A DNA stretch of 63,859 bases, the filler included, from Chiloscyllium plagiosum (Eukaryota): NCBI RefSeq assembly GCF_004010195.1. It is 5 parts of one record of this genome, joined end to end, with 100 filler letters (N's around TTAATTAATTAA, not from the genome) between each part and the next. Parts side by side here need not be neighbours in the genome. Positions count along the whole stretch, not along the records: positions 1 to 15,763 come from NC_057717.1; 4 more parts are not named here. One strand, given 5' to 3'. Position 1 is the first letter of the stretch. Each line of letters begins with the position of its first letter. The translations under genes were made by a program, and so were the position numbers. Shown here one piece after another: positions 1 through 11,508 of this stretch. Under the pieces are notes generated by a model. That model was not told the origin of the DNA. It saw only the letters and a program-made list of their open reading frames with translations, and did no database searches.

Positions 1-579
1 TTAATAAAAATGTCGATTGGATTAATTACATTTTTTATTACCAACAAAAGATATATAAATTGCACCGGAAATGTTGTTAAAGTAATAGCTGAACAGTTAG
101 ATGCCACAAGCAGGATGGCCTGGGAATATAGGATGGCCTTAGATATGGTGTTGGGGGAGTTTGTGTTATGTGAGGGGAAAGTTGCTGTACCTTTATTCCG
201 AATACCACGGCCTCAGACGGCTCAATTACTCGAACCTTACAAGGATTGATGGCCCTCTCAAGTGAATTGGCTGAAAATTCTGGAGTGGACATTTCAATAA
301 TGGGGTGGTCGGAGTCTTGGTTCGGCCAATGGAAAGGAATTGTGGTTTCTATTCTAACCTCCTTGTTAGTGGTGGTTTGGATTCTGGCAGCATTGGGCTG
401 TTGTATTATTCCTTGTATTCGGGGTCCCGCTCAGAGAATGATCAAGACCGCCTTGACCAAACAGATGACCTGAAGGGTATGCAGGGGGACAGCCTTTACG
501 TGTTAACAACTTATGACGTTGAGAATATGCCCGAAGGCATTTCCAAACTCGAATAACTTTCTGGTCTGATGCTCTCTAA
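1..579 (+). pseudogene. env: ERV envelope, TM/C-terminal part (frameshifted; duplicate of 5816-6405)
   Basis: Translates to INKNVDWINYIF...AEQLDATSRMAWEYRMALDMVL (immunosuppressive-like domain) and a membrane anchor IVVSILTSLLVVVWILAALGCCIIPC. Split over several frames. Confidence 0.9.
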
Positions 580-627
580 CCTGGAGACCTCATTGTCCCG
601 GAATCAATAAGATCAAAATACACTGAC

Positions 628-644
628 AAAAAGAAAAGAAGGGA
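628..644 (+). other. Polypurine tract of ERV copy 1
   Basis: AAAAAGAAAAGAAGGGA ends one base before the TG that starts the LTR. Confidence 0.85.
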
Positions 645-645
645 T

Positions 646-1260
646 TGAGAGAGAAAAATTTCAGGTTGTCAGGTGTACGTTGATTTTAACGAATATAGAG
701 GATCTTTTCAGAAATAATTTTAAGCTAAGAAATTACTTTGAGTGTTGTAGCTGACCAGAAAAGAAAAAAAATAAGCAGGAGGGGCATTTCACAATAAGCT
801 CATAGTTTGTAGGTCCACTTTTTGGACTATCAAGATAGTAAAGGATGATCTCAGAAGCCAGAAGGTTTGATAAGAAAAGAGCAACTGGACAAAATAACAG
901 GAAGGCTGTAACGAGTAAGGATAGTCAAATAAGGCAGATTTAAAGGAAAACAAATGAGGTAATTAATAAGTAGGTTCGGCTTCGGCTTGGGTGCAGGGAA
1001 TAACCAAATGGAGGAATAATGGGCGCAAGTGATAATCAAATAAGGGGATAGAATGAAATAGACAAGAATGATAGGTTTTTGCTCAGTGTAGGGGTGACGA
1101 GAGACCCCTCAGAAAAGCATAAAAAGCTCTGTATTTCACTGTCGGGTGTGTGTCGCCTCGTAGAGCAAACCCATCATCAAAGAGGTTCGAATCGATGTGC
1201 TGCATCGGAACTCATTGACTCGGACTAAAACGTACTGATTAGGTTGGTTCGTTTTTCACA
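646..1260 (+). mobile_element. ERV 3' LTR (duplicate copy)
   Basis: TGAGAGAGAAA...GTTTTTCACA termini; reverse-complement homologue of the LTRs at 5135-5749 and 10927-11508. Confidence 0.92.
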
Positions 1261-1644
1261 CAAGCAAAATCATTGAGTCCCATTCAGTTTGGGAACTAAG
1301 ATGATCGGCGACCTCCACTCGCTCTGACGTGATTTGATGATGTCCTCATTGAGCATAGCGTCCACCTCCTTCTTGACCTGTCTGGCATTGAGAGGATTAA
1401 GACGATATGGATGTTGTTTTATACGAACAGTATTCTCTACGTCTACTTCATGTACAATAGCATTATCCCCCCCATATGATTCTTACATACGTCCTCATAA
1501 TGCAATAACAACCTTTCAACTGCGTTCTATGCTCCTGAGACAGACAGCATACGACATTAACCCACTGCTCAAGGACTTCTGCATTTTAAACATATTTTGA
1601 GGCACATCAAAATCCAAAACATTTGGATTTGATTCCTCACTCTG
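1261..1644 (-). mobile_element. Gypsy (Gmr1) RT N-terminal fragment, inverted duplicate of 4750-5134
   Basis: The reverse complement aligns along its length with 4750-5134 (IKQHPYR...WS region). Confidence 0.9.
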
Positions 1645-2126
1645 AGGTGAAAAACTGGTCACTTTGAACATTTAGGAGGAGAACTGCCAGAGACATCCAC
1701 AAAGACAGACTGCTAGTTGAAGACCTTTCTGAAATGTGCCTGTCTATAAGAGGTTTGCACAGCAGAACATCGAAGTCAACCGAGATAAAATTCTACAGAG
1801 CAAAATCTACAAAGGAGAATTGACAAAGCTGACTGGTTTTGAAACGTGATTTTGTTTGTAAATCTTAATCGTGGTGTTTTGTTTTATCGGACCAGTATTG
1901 CAGAGTGGGAGGTAAACGATAGGTTTAACGGAAGAGTTCTAAATAGTTGTTCATTTTAATATTCTCTGTTGGACTTAAATAACAAAATTATTAATTTCAC
2001 TTGAAATAGTGACCTCTGTAAATGGATCTTTGCCTCTCGAAATTTAACAGATTCTGCAATGAGGTGAACTGTTTCTCTGTGACTAGTTTAGATTAGGTGA
2101 GGGATTTACCCTGTGTCATAACAGTT

Positions 2127-2152
2127 TGGGGCCTTTTGACTGCGATTTGAAC
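2127..2152 (+). promoter_or_regulatory. Degenerate tRNA-Pro-like primer binding site of the Gypsy element
   Basis: TGGGGCC...GATTTGAAC three bases after the LTR CA; resembles TGGGGGCTCGTCCGGGATTTGAAC. Confidence 0.55.
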
Positions 2153-2327
2153 AGGTTTTGACAGATCCAGTCTGGGATTTGGGCTGATTTAATCAGATTT
2201 GGTATATGAAAACGCACAGTAGATTTAATCATTTGCACGTTATTGTCCGAGAGCTTTAACTAAAAGTCGGTGAGACAGTTTGGTTAATTTCGGTGACTTG
2301 TGGTTGGTTAAATTAAAAGTAAGACAA

Positions 2328-3700
2328 ATGGCTCTTAAAATGTTAACGGAATTCTGGGGTTTGAAGATGCTTCTCACATTTGCCGAGGGCATTTAGAAGG
2401 AAAGATAAAGACAAAACTTTTGGAATTAGCAAATAACTTATATTTGGGTTTAACGAAGAATAAGAGTAAATTATCAGGAAATTACTCAAACACTAAGTTG
2501 TATCAAACAAACACACAAGTGCAGTGGAGTTTTAAAAAACACTTCATTTACAATTCAAGGAAATGCAGTTTAAAGATAAACAAAGGGAGAGAGACAGAGA
2601 AAGAAGAAAGCGAAAGCAAGAGAGGAGAGAGCGTCAAAAAGAAGAGGAGAAGGTTCGTAGCTGAGCAAAGAGAGAGAAAAAGAAGAAAAGGAAAGATAAA
2701 GAGGAAGAAGGTGCGTAGCTGAGCAAAAAGAGAGCGAATCTGAACTTGAGAAGTTGCATTTTAGTCAGCAAAGTCAAGTTAACATGATGGAGATTAAAAG
2801 GGACATTAGTGACATATACAACTATGTCAAAACTCTGCCACATTTTGATGAGAAAGATGTTGAAGCCTTCATTATTTCATTTGAAAAATTGGCTCGGCAG
2901 ATGGAGTGGTCTGACGAATTATGGGTAATGCTGCTTCGGACTAAGCTGTTCGGCAGAGCGAGAAAAGTATTCGCTGCGCTGTCAGATGAGAGGGACAAAA
3001 GATTATGAAGACATCAAACAACGTGTTTTATGTGCTTATGAATTGGTACTGGAAGCATATAGATAACAGTTCAGAAATATAAAGAAGGAACCAGCCTTAT
3101 GGTGAATTCGAAAGAATTAAACATAGGCATTTTGATAGATGGGGTGCAGACTTTAAAGATAGATAAGATCTATGAGACTCCAAGGGAGATGATTCTGCTG
3201 GAGGAGTTTAAAAACTCACTTCCAGAGATGATAATAATTCACGTAAAGGAACAGAAAATTCAGGAATTGAAAAGGGCAGGAGAATTAGCAGATGAACACA
3301 TGTTGCTGCATAAGACAGGCTTCCAGCCAGAATTTCGTCCGGTGAGGGATAGAATTTGGGAGAAGGGGAGGTTCTACACTATAAAGGAAAGAGTAGAGAA
3401 TAAGAGTTTACCACAGATTAAAGAAGATGCCCAAGAGAATGGAAAGGAGGTGAAAGGCCTCAGGAGTTTTCATTGTAATGGAGGGGGACACAGAAAATTA
3501 CAGTGCCGGTGGTTTCAGAAGGGCATTGGGAAAAGATGTTTCCACTGCCATAAAGAGGGATATGTATGGTAACGGTGCTGATCGTTAAGAAAGGGACTGT
3601 GTAAAAGATGTGGTAAAAGAAGGTAAGCCAGTGGCATCAGTGAAAGTCTTAAAGAAGACCCCAACAAGAGCCGAGGAGCTGCAGGATAGTGCATAGCCTA
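2328..3700 (+). pseudogene. gag: Gypsy gag (SCAN-like domain + CCHC zinc knuckles), disrupted
   Basis: LPHFDEKDVEAFIISFEKLARQMEW; REMILLEEFKNSLP; FHCNGGGHRKLQC; CFHCHKEG; multiple stops and frameshifts. Confidence 0.85.
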
Positions 3701-5134
3701 GGCAAGGGCTGCGTATGGAGTTGGTACCTGATCTCTATAAAGAATTCGCCTTTGTGATTAAAGTTTACTCAGAAATAAGAGGGGTAGAAGGGCAAGAAGT
3801 TATAGTTTTGAGAGATACGTGAACTGACCAGTCGCTAATAGAAAGAGATGAACGAATTTGCAGTCTTTCTGATCTGTTACCAGAGAGTATAGTAAATTTT
3901 GGGAAAGATGGAAAGAAATTTAGCGTTCCCCTATGTAAGATCAGGTTGGAGTGTCTACTCAAGCCTGGGGAGGTTACAGGGACCAAGTTTTAGCAGAGTC
4001 CAAGTTGGGAGTGACGTTCCACGTTGTGGAGGAACCCAAGGAAGATCAAGAAAGTGAGGACTTCAATCAGAAATGTCCTGGCATTTTCCCAGACTGTCCA
4101 GTAACCAGGTCCCACTGTCATAAGTCACAGCTATAGACAAAGATTAAGGAGTTGAGGTTCAGTTAGCTGATTCCCTATTTGCCTTAATGGTGCAGGGAAA
4201 ACCTGAACAGGCAGAGGGTCAGACAGAGGTGTTTTGTCCTGAAAGGCAAAGGGACTTGCAACAGGCGGACAAGATGATATAAGATATATGTGTGGTTGTG
4301 TACTCTGAAAAGGAGGCAGAGGATATTCTTGAGAGTTATTATCCGAAAGATAGATCTTAAGACGGAAATGGAGACCACATCAGGTTATTACAGCGGAGAC
4401 ATGTGCCGAGGTGCACCAGATTGTGTTTCCAGTAGCATAGAGACAGGAAGTTTTACTTGTAACACATGAATTACCTGTCGGAGGTCACCGAGGGGTAAGA
4501 AAGACTCAGGCTAAGGGAGAAAAACATTTTTATTGACCTGGAATGCACAAAGATGTGGATAACTTTTGGCATACATGTCATTCGTGCCAAATAGTAAGTA
4601 GGCTATAGATAGTAATGAAATTAGCACCTCTATTGCCAATTCCCCCATTCAAAGACCTCTTCATGTGGTTTATAAATGAGAATGAATGTCCCCTACTGAA
4701 AAGTAGAGGAGAGAAAGAATTGGAGAAACAAATGTTAGTTACTGCCCAACAGAGTGAGGAATCAAATCCAAATGTTTAGGATTTTGATGTGCCTCAAAAT
4801 ATGTTTAAAATGCAGAAGTCCTTGAGCAGTGGTTTAAGTTCGTAAGCTATCTGTCTCAGGAGCATAGAACGCACTTGAAAGTTTATTATTGCAGTATGAG
4901 GACATACGTAAGAATCATATGGGGGAGACTAATGCTATTGTACATGAAGTAGACGTAGAGAATACTGTTCCTATAAAACAACATCCATATCGTCTCAATC
5001 ATTTCAAAGCCAGACAGGTCAAGAAGGAAGTGGAGGCTATGCTCAAAGAGGACATCATCAAACCAAGCCAAAGTAAGTGGAGCTTGCTGATCATCTTAGT
5101 TCGCAAACTGAATGGGACTTAATGATGTTGCTTG

Positions 5135-5749
5135 TGTGAGAAACGAACCCCACTTAATCAATAATTTTCAGTCCGAGTCAAAGTGTTCTGAAGCAGCACA
5201 TTTATTCGAGCATCTTTAAACATAGTTGGCTCTACGAGGACAGACATACCCGACAATAAAATATAGAGCTTTTTATAATTTTCTGAGGGATCTCTCGACA
5301 CCCCTGCACTAAGCAATAAACCTATCATAAGTGTCTATTTCATTCTATCCCTTTATTTGATTATCACTTGCGCCCAGTATTCCTTCATTTGGTTATTCCC
5401 TGCACCGAAGCCTCAGCTGATCATACTTATTAATTACCTCACTTGTTTTTCTTTATATCTGCCTTATTTGACTATCCCTACTCGTTACAGCCTTCCTGTT
5501 ATTTTGTCCAGTTGCTCTTTTCTTATCTAATCTTCTGACTTCTGAGATCATCCTTTACCATCTTGATAGTCCAAAAAGCGGACCTACAAACTATGAGCTT
5601 ATTGTGAAATGCCTCTCCTGCTTCTCTTTTTGTTTTCTGGTCAGCTACAACACTCAAAGTTATTTCTTAGCTTAAAACTATTTCTGAAAAGATCCTCTAT
5701 ATTCGTTAAAATCAACATACACCTGACAACCTGAAATTTTTCTCTCTCA
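5135..5749 (-). mobile_element. ERV 3' LTR
   Basis: TG...CA ends; minus-strand TATAAAAA (~5270-5277) and AATAAA (5201-5206); polypurine tract adjoins at ~5751-5768. Confidence 0.92.
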
Positions 5750-5815
5750 ATCCCTCCTTTTCTTTTTGTCAGTGTATTTTGATCTTATTGATTCCCGGAC
5801 AATGAGGCCTCCAGG

Positions 5816-7671
5816 TTAGAAAGCATCAGACCTGAAAGTCCATCTACTTTGGAAATGCCTTTCGGGGGTATTCTTAACATCATGAGTTGTCAATAGGTAA
5901 GGGCCGTCCACCTGCATACCCCTCAGGGGCATCTGTCTGGTCAAGGCGGTCTTGATGATTCTCTGAGTAAGACCCCGAAGACAAGGAATAATACAACAGT
6001 CCAGTGCTGCCAGAATCCCAACGACCACTCTCCAGGAGGTTAGAATGGAAATCACAACTCCCTTCCAATTACCGAAACAAGACTCCAACCACCCCGTTAT
6101 TGGAGTGTCCACTCCAGACATTTCAGCCAACTCACGTGAGAGGGTCGTCAATTCTGGTAAGGTTCAAGTAATCGAGCCATCTGGGGCCGTGTTATTCGGA
6201 GAAAAGTTGCAGCAACTTCCCCCTAACATAACACAAACTCCCCCTTTTTCTGCCAACATCACATCTAAGGCAATCCTATTTTCCCAGGCCATCCTGCTTG
6301 TGGCATCTAACTGTTCAGGTATTCTTTTAACAGCGTTTCCGGTGCAATTTATAAATCTTTGTTGGTTATAAAAAATGTAATTAATCCAATCGACATTTTT
6401 ATTAATCATAACCCACCAGAAAAGAGACTCAAATCCGGCTGCCATCTGGTTACGAGTCTTAAATTCATCAGGCATCCCTCTGGGAACCCCTATCCAGTCC
6501 AAATACATATCATCATCAAAGGAGGTAGTAAGGACTGACCGTGCACTCCTCGTTTTCCCCATTTCAGGAATCTCACCTTTTTCAAATGCTCGAGTGAATG
6601 GAATAGTCAATTTTACAATTGCACAAGTGCCTCACCAGTCAGAGGGCATAGTAGGACTTAGAATCTTTCCAATAAATTACCACCACAAATCTGCTCGGGG
6701 TATCTTTAAAGTTGAATATTTTCCTCCTAACTCTGTCCCGGGAACCGATTCAATTTCCGAGCAGGATTTTAAGTCTCCTAGAAATCAGGGCCGGTCTGCC
6801 CCCTGCCTTCACACACAGGAGGTGTGATTCCCGACCATGTCTGAAAATGAAGGGGGAATTTTTATTTTCTCGTTCTTAAGGGGAGGGAACAACAACAGCA
6901 AAGACCGACAGACTGGGTCGCCCCCTGCCGTCTCATCTTGGTACAGGCCTATCATACATTGCATTCCAGCCCTGCGCCGCTTCTACCCGAGTATCCCGTT
7001 TCTATTTCAATAGACTATTTCAAGACTTTCACCTCTACAATTGTGACCCCGGTGCCCCACCCCCGCGCCCCAACCTTGGTATTCGTAGTTTCCACTACGG
7101 TCGCGTTTCTCACCTGTAGGCGAAAACAACATGCCGAGAAAATCAAATTCTGCCTGCCAATTGTCATTTCGATGCCAAATGTTTCATTGAGCTGGGCCGT
7201 CCCACACACGCCACCGGTCATGTATCCCTTCCTTCCACGAGGCATTCTTTACTGTAATGTACACTGCATTGCATCTTTGGTCTGGACAATCAGGGGGAGG
7301 CCGAACAGGGCTACGGTGTACTTGGATGAGTGGATTTTCCTAAGGTTTGCACTTACCGTGAAATGTATTCCAAAATGTGTTCCTATCACCAAGAGCAGCC
7401 ATCTCTGCCATGGGGGCCAGGGGGTCAGAGGGTTTGAGGTCTAATTTCTTTCCGTTTTGTACTGAATAATCTCCATAGGATTTGAGATGAACTGCTGAGT
7501 TACTATACTTCCTCTGACTTATCACAGTCCCACAATCTTCCAACTGCAAATATCGGCTTCTATGGCATGGAGATTGGTACTCTCGGGGACCATTAGTACC
7601 ACATAAGACGTTCTTCCTAAAATGCAATCAAGGAAGGGGAGCAAAAAGTCTAAACTATACACTCTCTCCAT
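5816..7671 (-). pseudogene. env: ERV envelope (disrupted)
   Basis: Furin-like RSAR, GVPRGMPDEFKTRNQMAAGFES, WENRIALDVMLAEKGGVC, CX6CC (CVMLGGSCC) and TM anchor; several stops and frameshifts. The 5' start is inferred. Confidence 0.9.
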
Positions 7672-7769
7672 TCGTGAAAAGGGCGCGCCGAGAGACTAAA
7701 CCAACAATTTGACAGAAACTTATCCCGCGATCACGTCGCAACCTGACAAACAATCACTTAAATTAAATG

Positions 7770-9156
7770 GTCCGTTAAACAGTTTTCTTTAACCTGAGGT
7801 TAAGCGGTTCCGTTTTTGTTTCTGCTCTCCAAATTCCCATGTCGTTCGGGGGTTTCACTGGCCCTTTGATTCTTATAATGTGTCCAGCCCTTTTTGGCCT
7901 TCCTAATTGCCGTCTCTGTCGTGAGGAGGGCTTGATACGGACCTTCCCAGTCTGGCTGAAGTTTCGTCTAGGACCACGATTTGATTAGGACCCAATCGCC
8001 CGGTCTGAGCGGATGCATGCAAAGTCAAGGAGGTGGCGTCTGGGCAAGCAGACCCTGAGTTCAAAGAAAAGATAGAGAACCGGACAGGGCCAGTGTATAC
8101 TTCCTTAACTTCTGTTCATTAATTTCCACAATTGGAACCTCGCTTTTGTGCCCAAATAAGGTAAGCGTAACAATGTTTAAACAAGGGCACAATCCCAAGT
8201 CCTTTCTAGGTGCTGTTCACAACCGTAGGAGAGCCAAGGGTAGACACTTTGTCGGAGTTTGGTCTCAAGTACTAATTTAGATAGTTGTTTTTTCAGCGTC
8301 TGATTCATTCTTTCAACCTTTCCTGATGGGGATGGGAGCCAAGGAGTGTGAAATTCCCAGGTGATTCTTAAACTCTTCATTGTCTCCTGTAATAGTTTAG
8401 AAGCAAAATGTGTACCTTGATCTGAGTCTATATGTTCTACTACCCCGTACCTGGGCATTATCTGTTCAAGAATCACCTTGGATACCCCATTCGCAGTGGC
8501 TGTAGCCAAGGGGTATGCTTTGACCCATCCGGACAAATGGTCAATGATCACCAACAGGTACTTCAACCTTCCCACCCGGGCTAACTTGGCATAATCTTCC
8601 TGCATATTCTGAAATGGTCGTAGCCCAGGTGGTCGTCCTCCCTCAACCTGCCTCCTCAAAACCTTTTTGTTTATCTTTTCACATGTTATACATCCTTCAT
8701 ATATCTGTTTGGCAATGCTATATACTCCTTCACATCCATATCTTCGCAGGACTAAATCGCACATTGCCTACACCCCTAATGACTTCCCTAATACAAAATG
8801 GTCATAATTTCTCGCATCATCATTTTATTAAGCATCTCCTTTCCATCAGGTAGCAGCCAACGCCCCTCTTCTGTTTAATTGCCCCTGTGTCTTTCAGTTC
8901 CTCCTCCATCTTAGTATTAAATAATGGAGTAATCAGAGGATCTGGGAGTGAAGGTATCAGGGGACATAATACTGCTTCTGGTGGGCTCATGGCTCCGTCC
9001 CTAGATGCCTCATCCACCAATCTATTCCTCCTTACTTCTAAGGTATTCCCCCTTTTGATGCCCATTCCCATGAACCACAGCTATTTCCTGGGGCAATAGT
9101 TGGGATTCTGAAACTCGCTTTATTAATCCCTCATTTACTAATTCCTTGCCCCTACT
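7770..9156 (-). pseudogene. pol: ERV pol remnant: RNase H C-terminus + integrase
   Basis: EIAVVH...GNTLEVRRNRLVDEA (RNase H); CITC, YLLVIIDHLSGWVKAYP, IDSDQGTHF, SGKVERMNQTLK (DDE core); degenerate WEGPY-type C-terminus. Confidence 0.92.
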
Positions 9157-10313
9157 GGCCCCTCTAAATCCATCCCAGAATGCACATAGAGTCATTCAGT
9201 CTTTGTAAAAACTCTAAGCGCCTCTCTTCCTCTCCTTGACAGACCTCAAATGCCTTCGTTAAATTCTGCGACTTCGGGGCAGCTTCTCCAATTGCCCTTA
9301 TTAATGCATTTTTCATAATTTTCATCTTTACCCTATCTTCTAGTTTTTGATGATCCCAACTGCGGTCTCCTAAGGGGAACTTATCCTCTTCCTGACCTGC
9401 CCCTTCAGTTCCCATGGGGTATTCCCTGTTCCAGACTCCAAATGCTGCTTTCCTTATCAACTCTCTTTCTTCTCCACTAACTAAAGTATTTAGTACGGAC
9501 ATTAATTCTGTCCAAGTATATACATGCGGACCCAGGAACTGATCAATCTGTTCTGACAAAAATACCGGATCTTCTTTATGTATTTTCATTTCTTTTCTAA
9601 CGGACCTTGCTTTCCCACTCGTTGAAAGGTCATTAACACATCCAATTTCTCTTTCCCCAATAGGGACCTCTCTTAATGGAAGCATGTTTTGGACCAACAT
9701 TTCTTTCGTCTCCCCTTCACTTTCTTCTAATCTTTCCATTTGGCTTCTGGTGCCTTTTGCATTCGGCACCTGACTTTTATCTATTTCCTGTTCTGTCTCA
9801 GACGTGATGTGACCTTCATCCTCGTGCACCAGTCCCTCTGCCTGCCCCTGACTCGTACCAGAAACCGCCACGGGCTGTTGGATTCTTCCATATGGCGGGG
9901 TAAATTATCTAATACCTCCCATGGGGATAGAGGTGGTGCAATAGGGATTTTCTTTTCATCTATTTTTACAGAGCACATCCGTATTTTAGATTCACCCTTC
10001 CAACAGGTGGCATCATCAGACTCCTCCTGACTGAAGGGTTCTTTTTCATTAACATATAAACTTAAATATTGACAAACCCAGTCTTCGTCCGACCAGTACT
10101 TTGTCCAGAAGACGGCAGGATGAAGAATGGGTTCCTCAATCCATGCAAAACAACAATACTTTATCATCTTCTTTCTTGCTTTTTGTCGTATGCGTGTTCA
10201 TTTTGCTTCCAATTTCCCTACATCCTACCCAACGGGCTTTCTGGAGGAATGATGCCAGGGACGCCTCTCTTCTCAACGGAGGATTTTCCTTTACTACTTG
10301 TTGCACAACCCAC
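9144..10313 (-). pseudogene. gag: ERV gag (MA + CA), truncated before NC
   Basis: GTG-GCATSSK start (mutated MG), IPPESPLGRM, PLREVP, EQIDQFLGP, and MHR-like QGEEERRLEFLQRL. Confidence 0.88.
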
Positions 10314-10906
10314 TTCACCCTGGTTCACCACCCAGTGGCCTCAATCACCTCTCCCAATAGGGATCCAATCCCTATAGAATCTCAGGATGCTTTCCGCAGA
10401 AAATCCTTGAGTCAAATCAAGATAGGGCACTTTTTAGGGGTTAGCTTGACCCCTGTCAGGTAATTCTGGTGTCCTTCTAAATCGCGAAAAGGCAATCGAT
10501 ATACACGCCTATGAACCAGAAATCTCGATTCCAACTCGAGGTAGGGGTTTGGTACTCCCGAACCTCCGGTTACTTTCGTTAGTCCCTCATAACTTCTAAA
10601 ACTCAAGCCCCAGGCACCAAGGTAGTACTTAAAAGTAAATTTTCTTACCTTGGTCTGTGCACAGAGTTACCTGACGATGAGACGTCTTCTGATTGTGCCT
10701 TCCCCCTTGGGTCCCACCCAAGGTCCCATTGAGTCCAACTCAAAGTACACACACTCACTACTAACTAGTTCGGAATGACTCTTAAAGGATTCAATTCAGG
10801 CAATCCCTCAAGGCACCCACCGGTGAAAAACACGAGACTTTTCTGAAGGAACGGGGCGCACCTTCTCAGTTATCGACGGTGGGAGCCTTTTCAGGAGCTG
10901 AAGTTC

Positions 10907-10924
10907 ATCCTGGATAAGCCCCCA
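10907..10924 (-). promoter_or_regulatory. tRNA-Pro primer binding site
   Basis: Minus strand TGGGGGCTTATCCAGGAT matches TGGGGGCTCGTCCGGGAT at 15/18; mismatches fall at CpG positions; lies 2 nt from the LTR end. Confidence 0.9.
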
Positions 10925-10926
10925 GT

Positions 10927-11508
10927 TGGGAGAAACGAACCCACTTAATCAATAATTTTCAGTCCGAGTCAAAGTGTTTCGAAGCAGCACATTTATTCGA
11001 ACATCTTTAAAGATGGGTGGCTCTATGAGGAGAGACACACTCGACAGTAAAATACAGAGCGTTTTATACTTTTCTGAGGGGTCTCTCGACACCCCTACAT
11101 CAAGCAATTAACCTATTATAAGGGTCTACTTCATTCTATCCCCTTACTTGGTTATTACTTGCGCCCGTTATTCCCTCATTTGGTAATTCCCTGCACCCAA
11201 GCCTAAGCCTCACTTGTTTTGCTTTTTAATCTGTCTCATTTGGCTGTCCTTGTTCGTTACAGCCTTCCTGTTACTTTATCCCGCTCCTCTTTTCTTGCCT
11301 TCTGACTTCTGAGATCATCCTTTACTATTTTGATAATCCAAAAAGCGGACCTACAACTATGAGCTTATTGCGAAATGCCCCTGCTGATTCTTTTGTGGTC
11401 AACTACAATACTCATAGTTATTTCTTAGCTTAAAACTACTTCTTTAAAATACCCTCTATATTCGTTAATATCAACATAAACCTGACAACCTGAGATTTTT
11501 CTCTCTCA
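10927..11508 (-). mobile_element. ERV 5' LTR
   Basis: Direct-repeat homologue of 5135-5749, followed on the minus strand by the PBS. Confidence 0.92.

Larger units (their letters stand above)
1645..5134 (+). mobile_element. Gmr1-clade Gypsy LTR retrotransposon (degenerate)
   Basis: Truncated LTR ending CATAACA at 2123; PBS; gag with SCAN-like region and two CCHC knuckles; protease LRDT motif (~3800-3840); integrase HHCC (~4464-4590) located before the RT start PIKQHPYR (~4970). This is the PR-IN-RT order diagnostic of Gmr1. Confidence 0.88.
5135..11508 (-). mobile_element. Defective class I (epsilon/ZFERV-like) endogenous retrovirus
   Basis: Two LTRs in the same orientation, a PBS, gag, partial pol, env and a PPT in retroviral order on the minus strand. 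Confidence 0.95.

Noticed and set aside
5816..7671. Domesticated (syncytin-like) env gene
   Set aside because: Both env copies contain stops and frameshifts.
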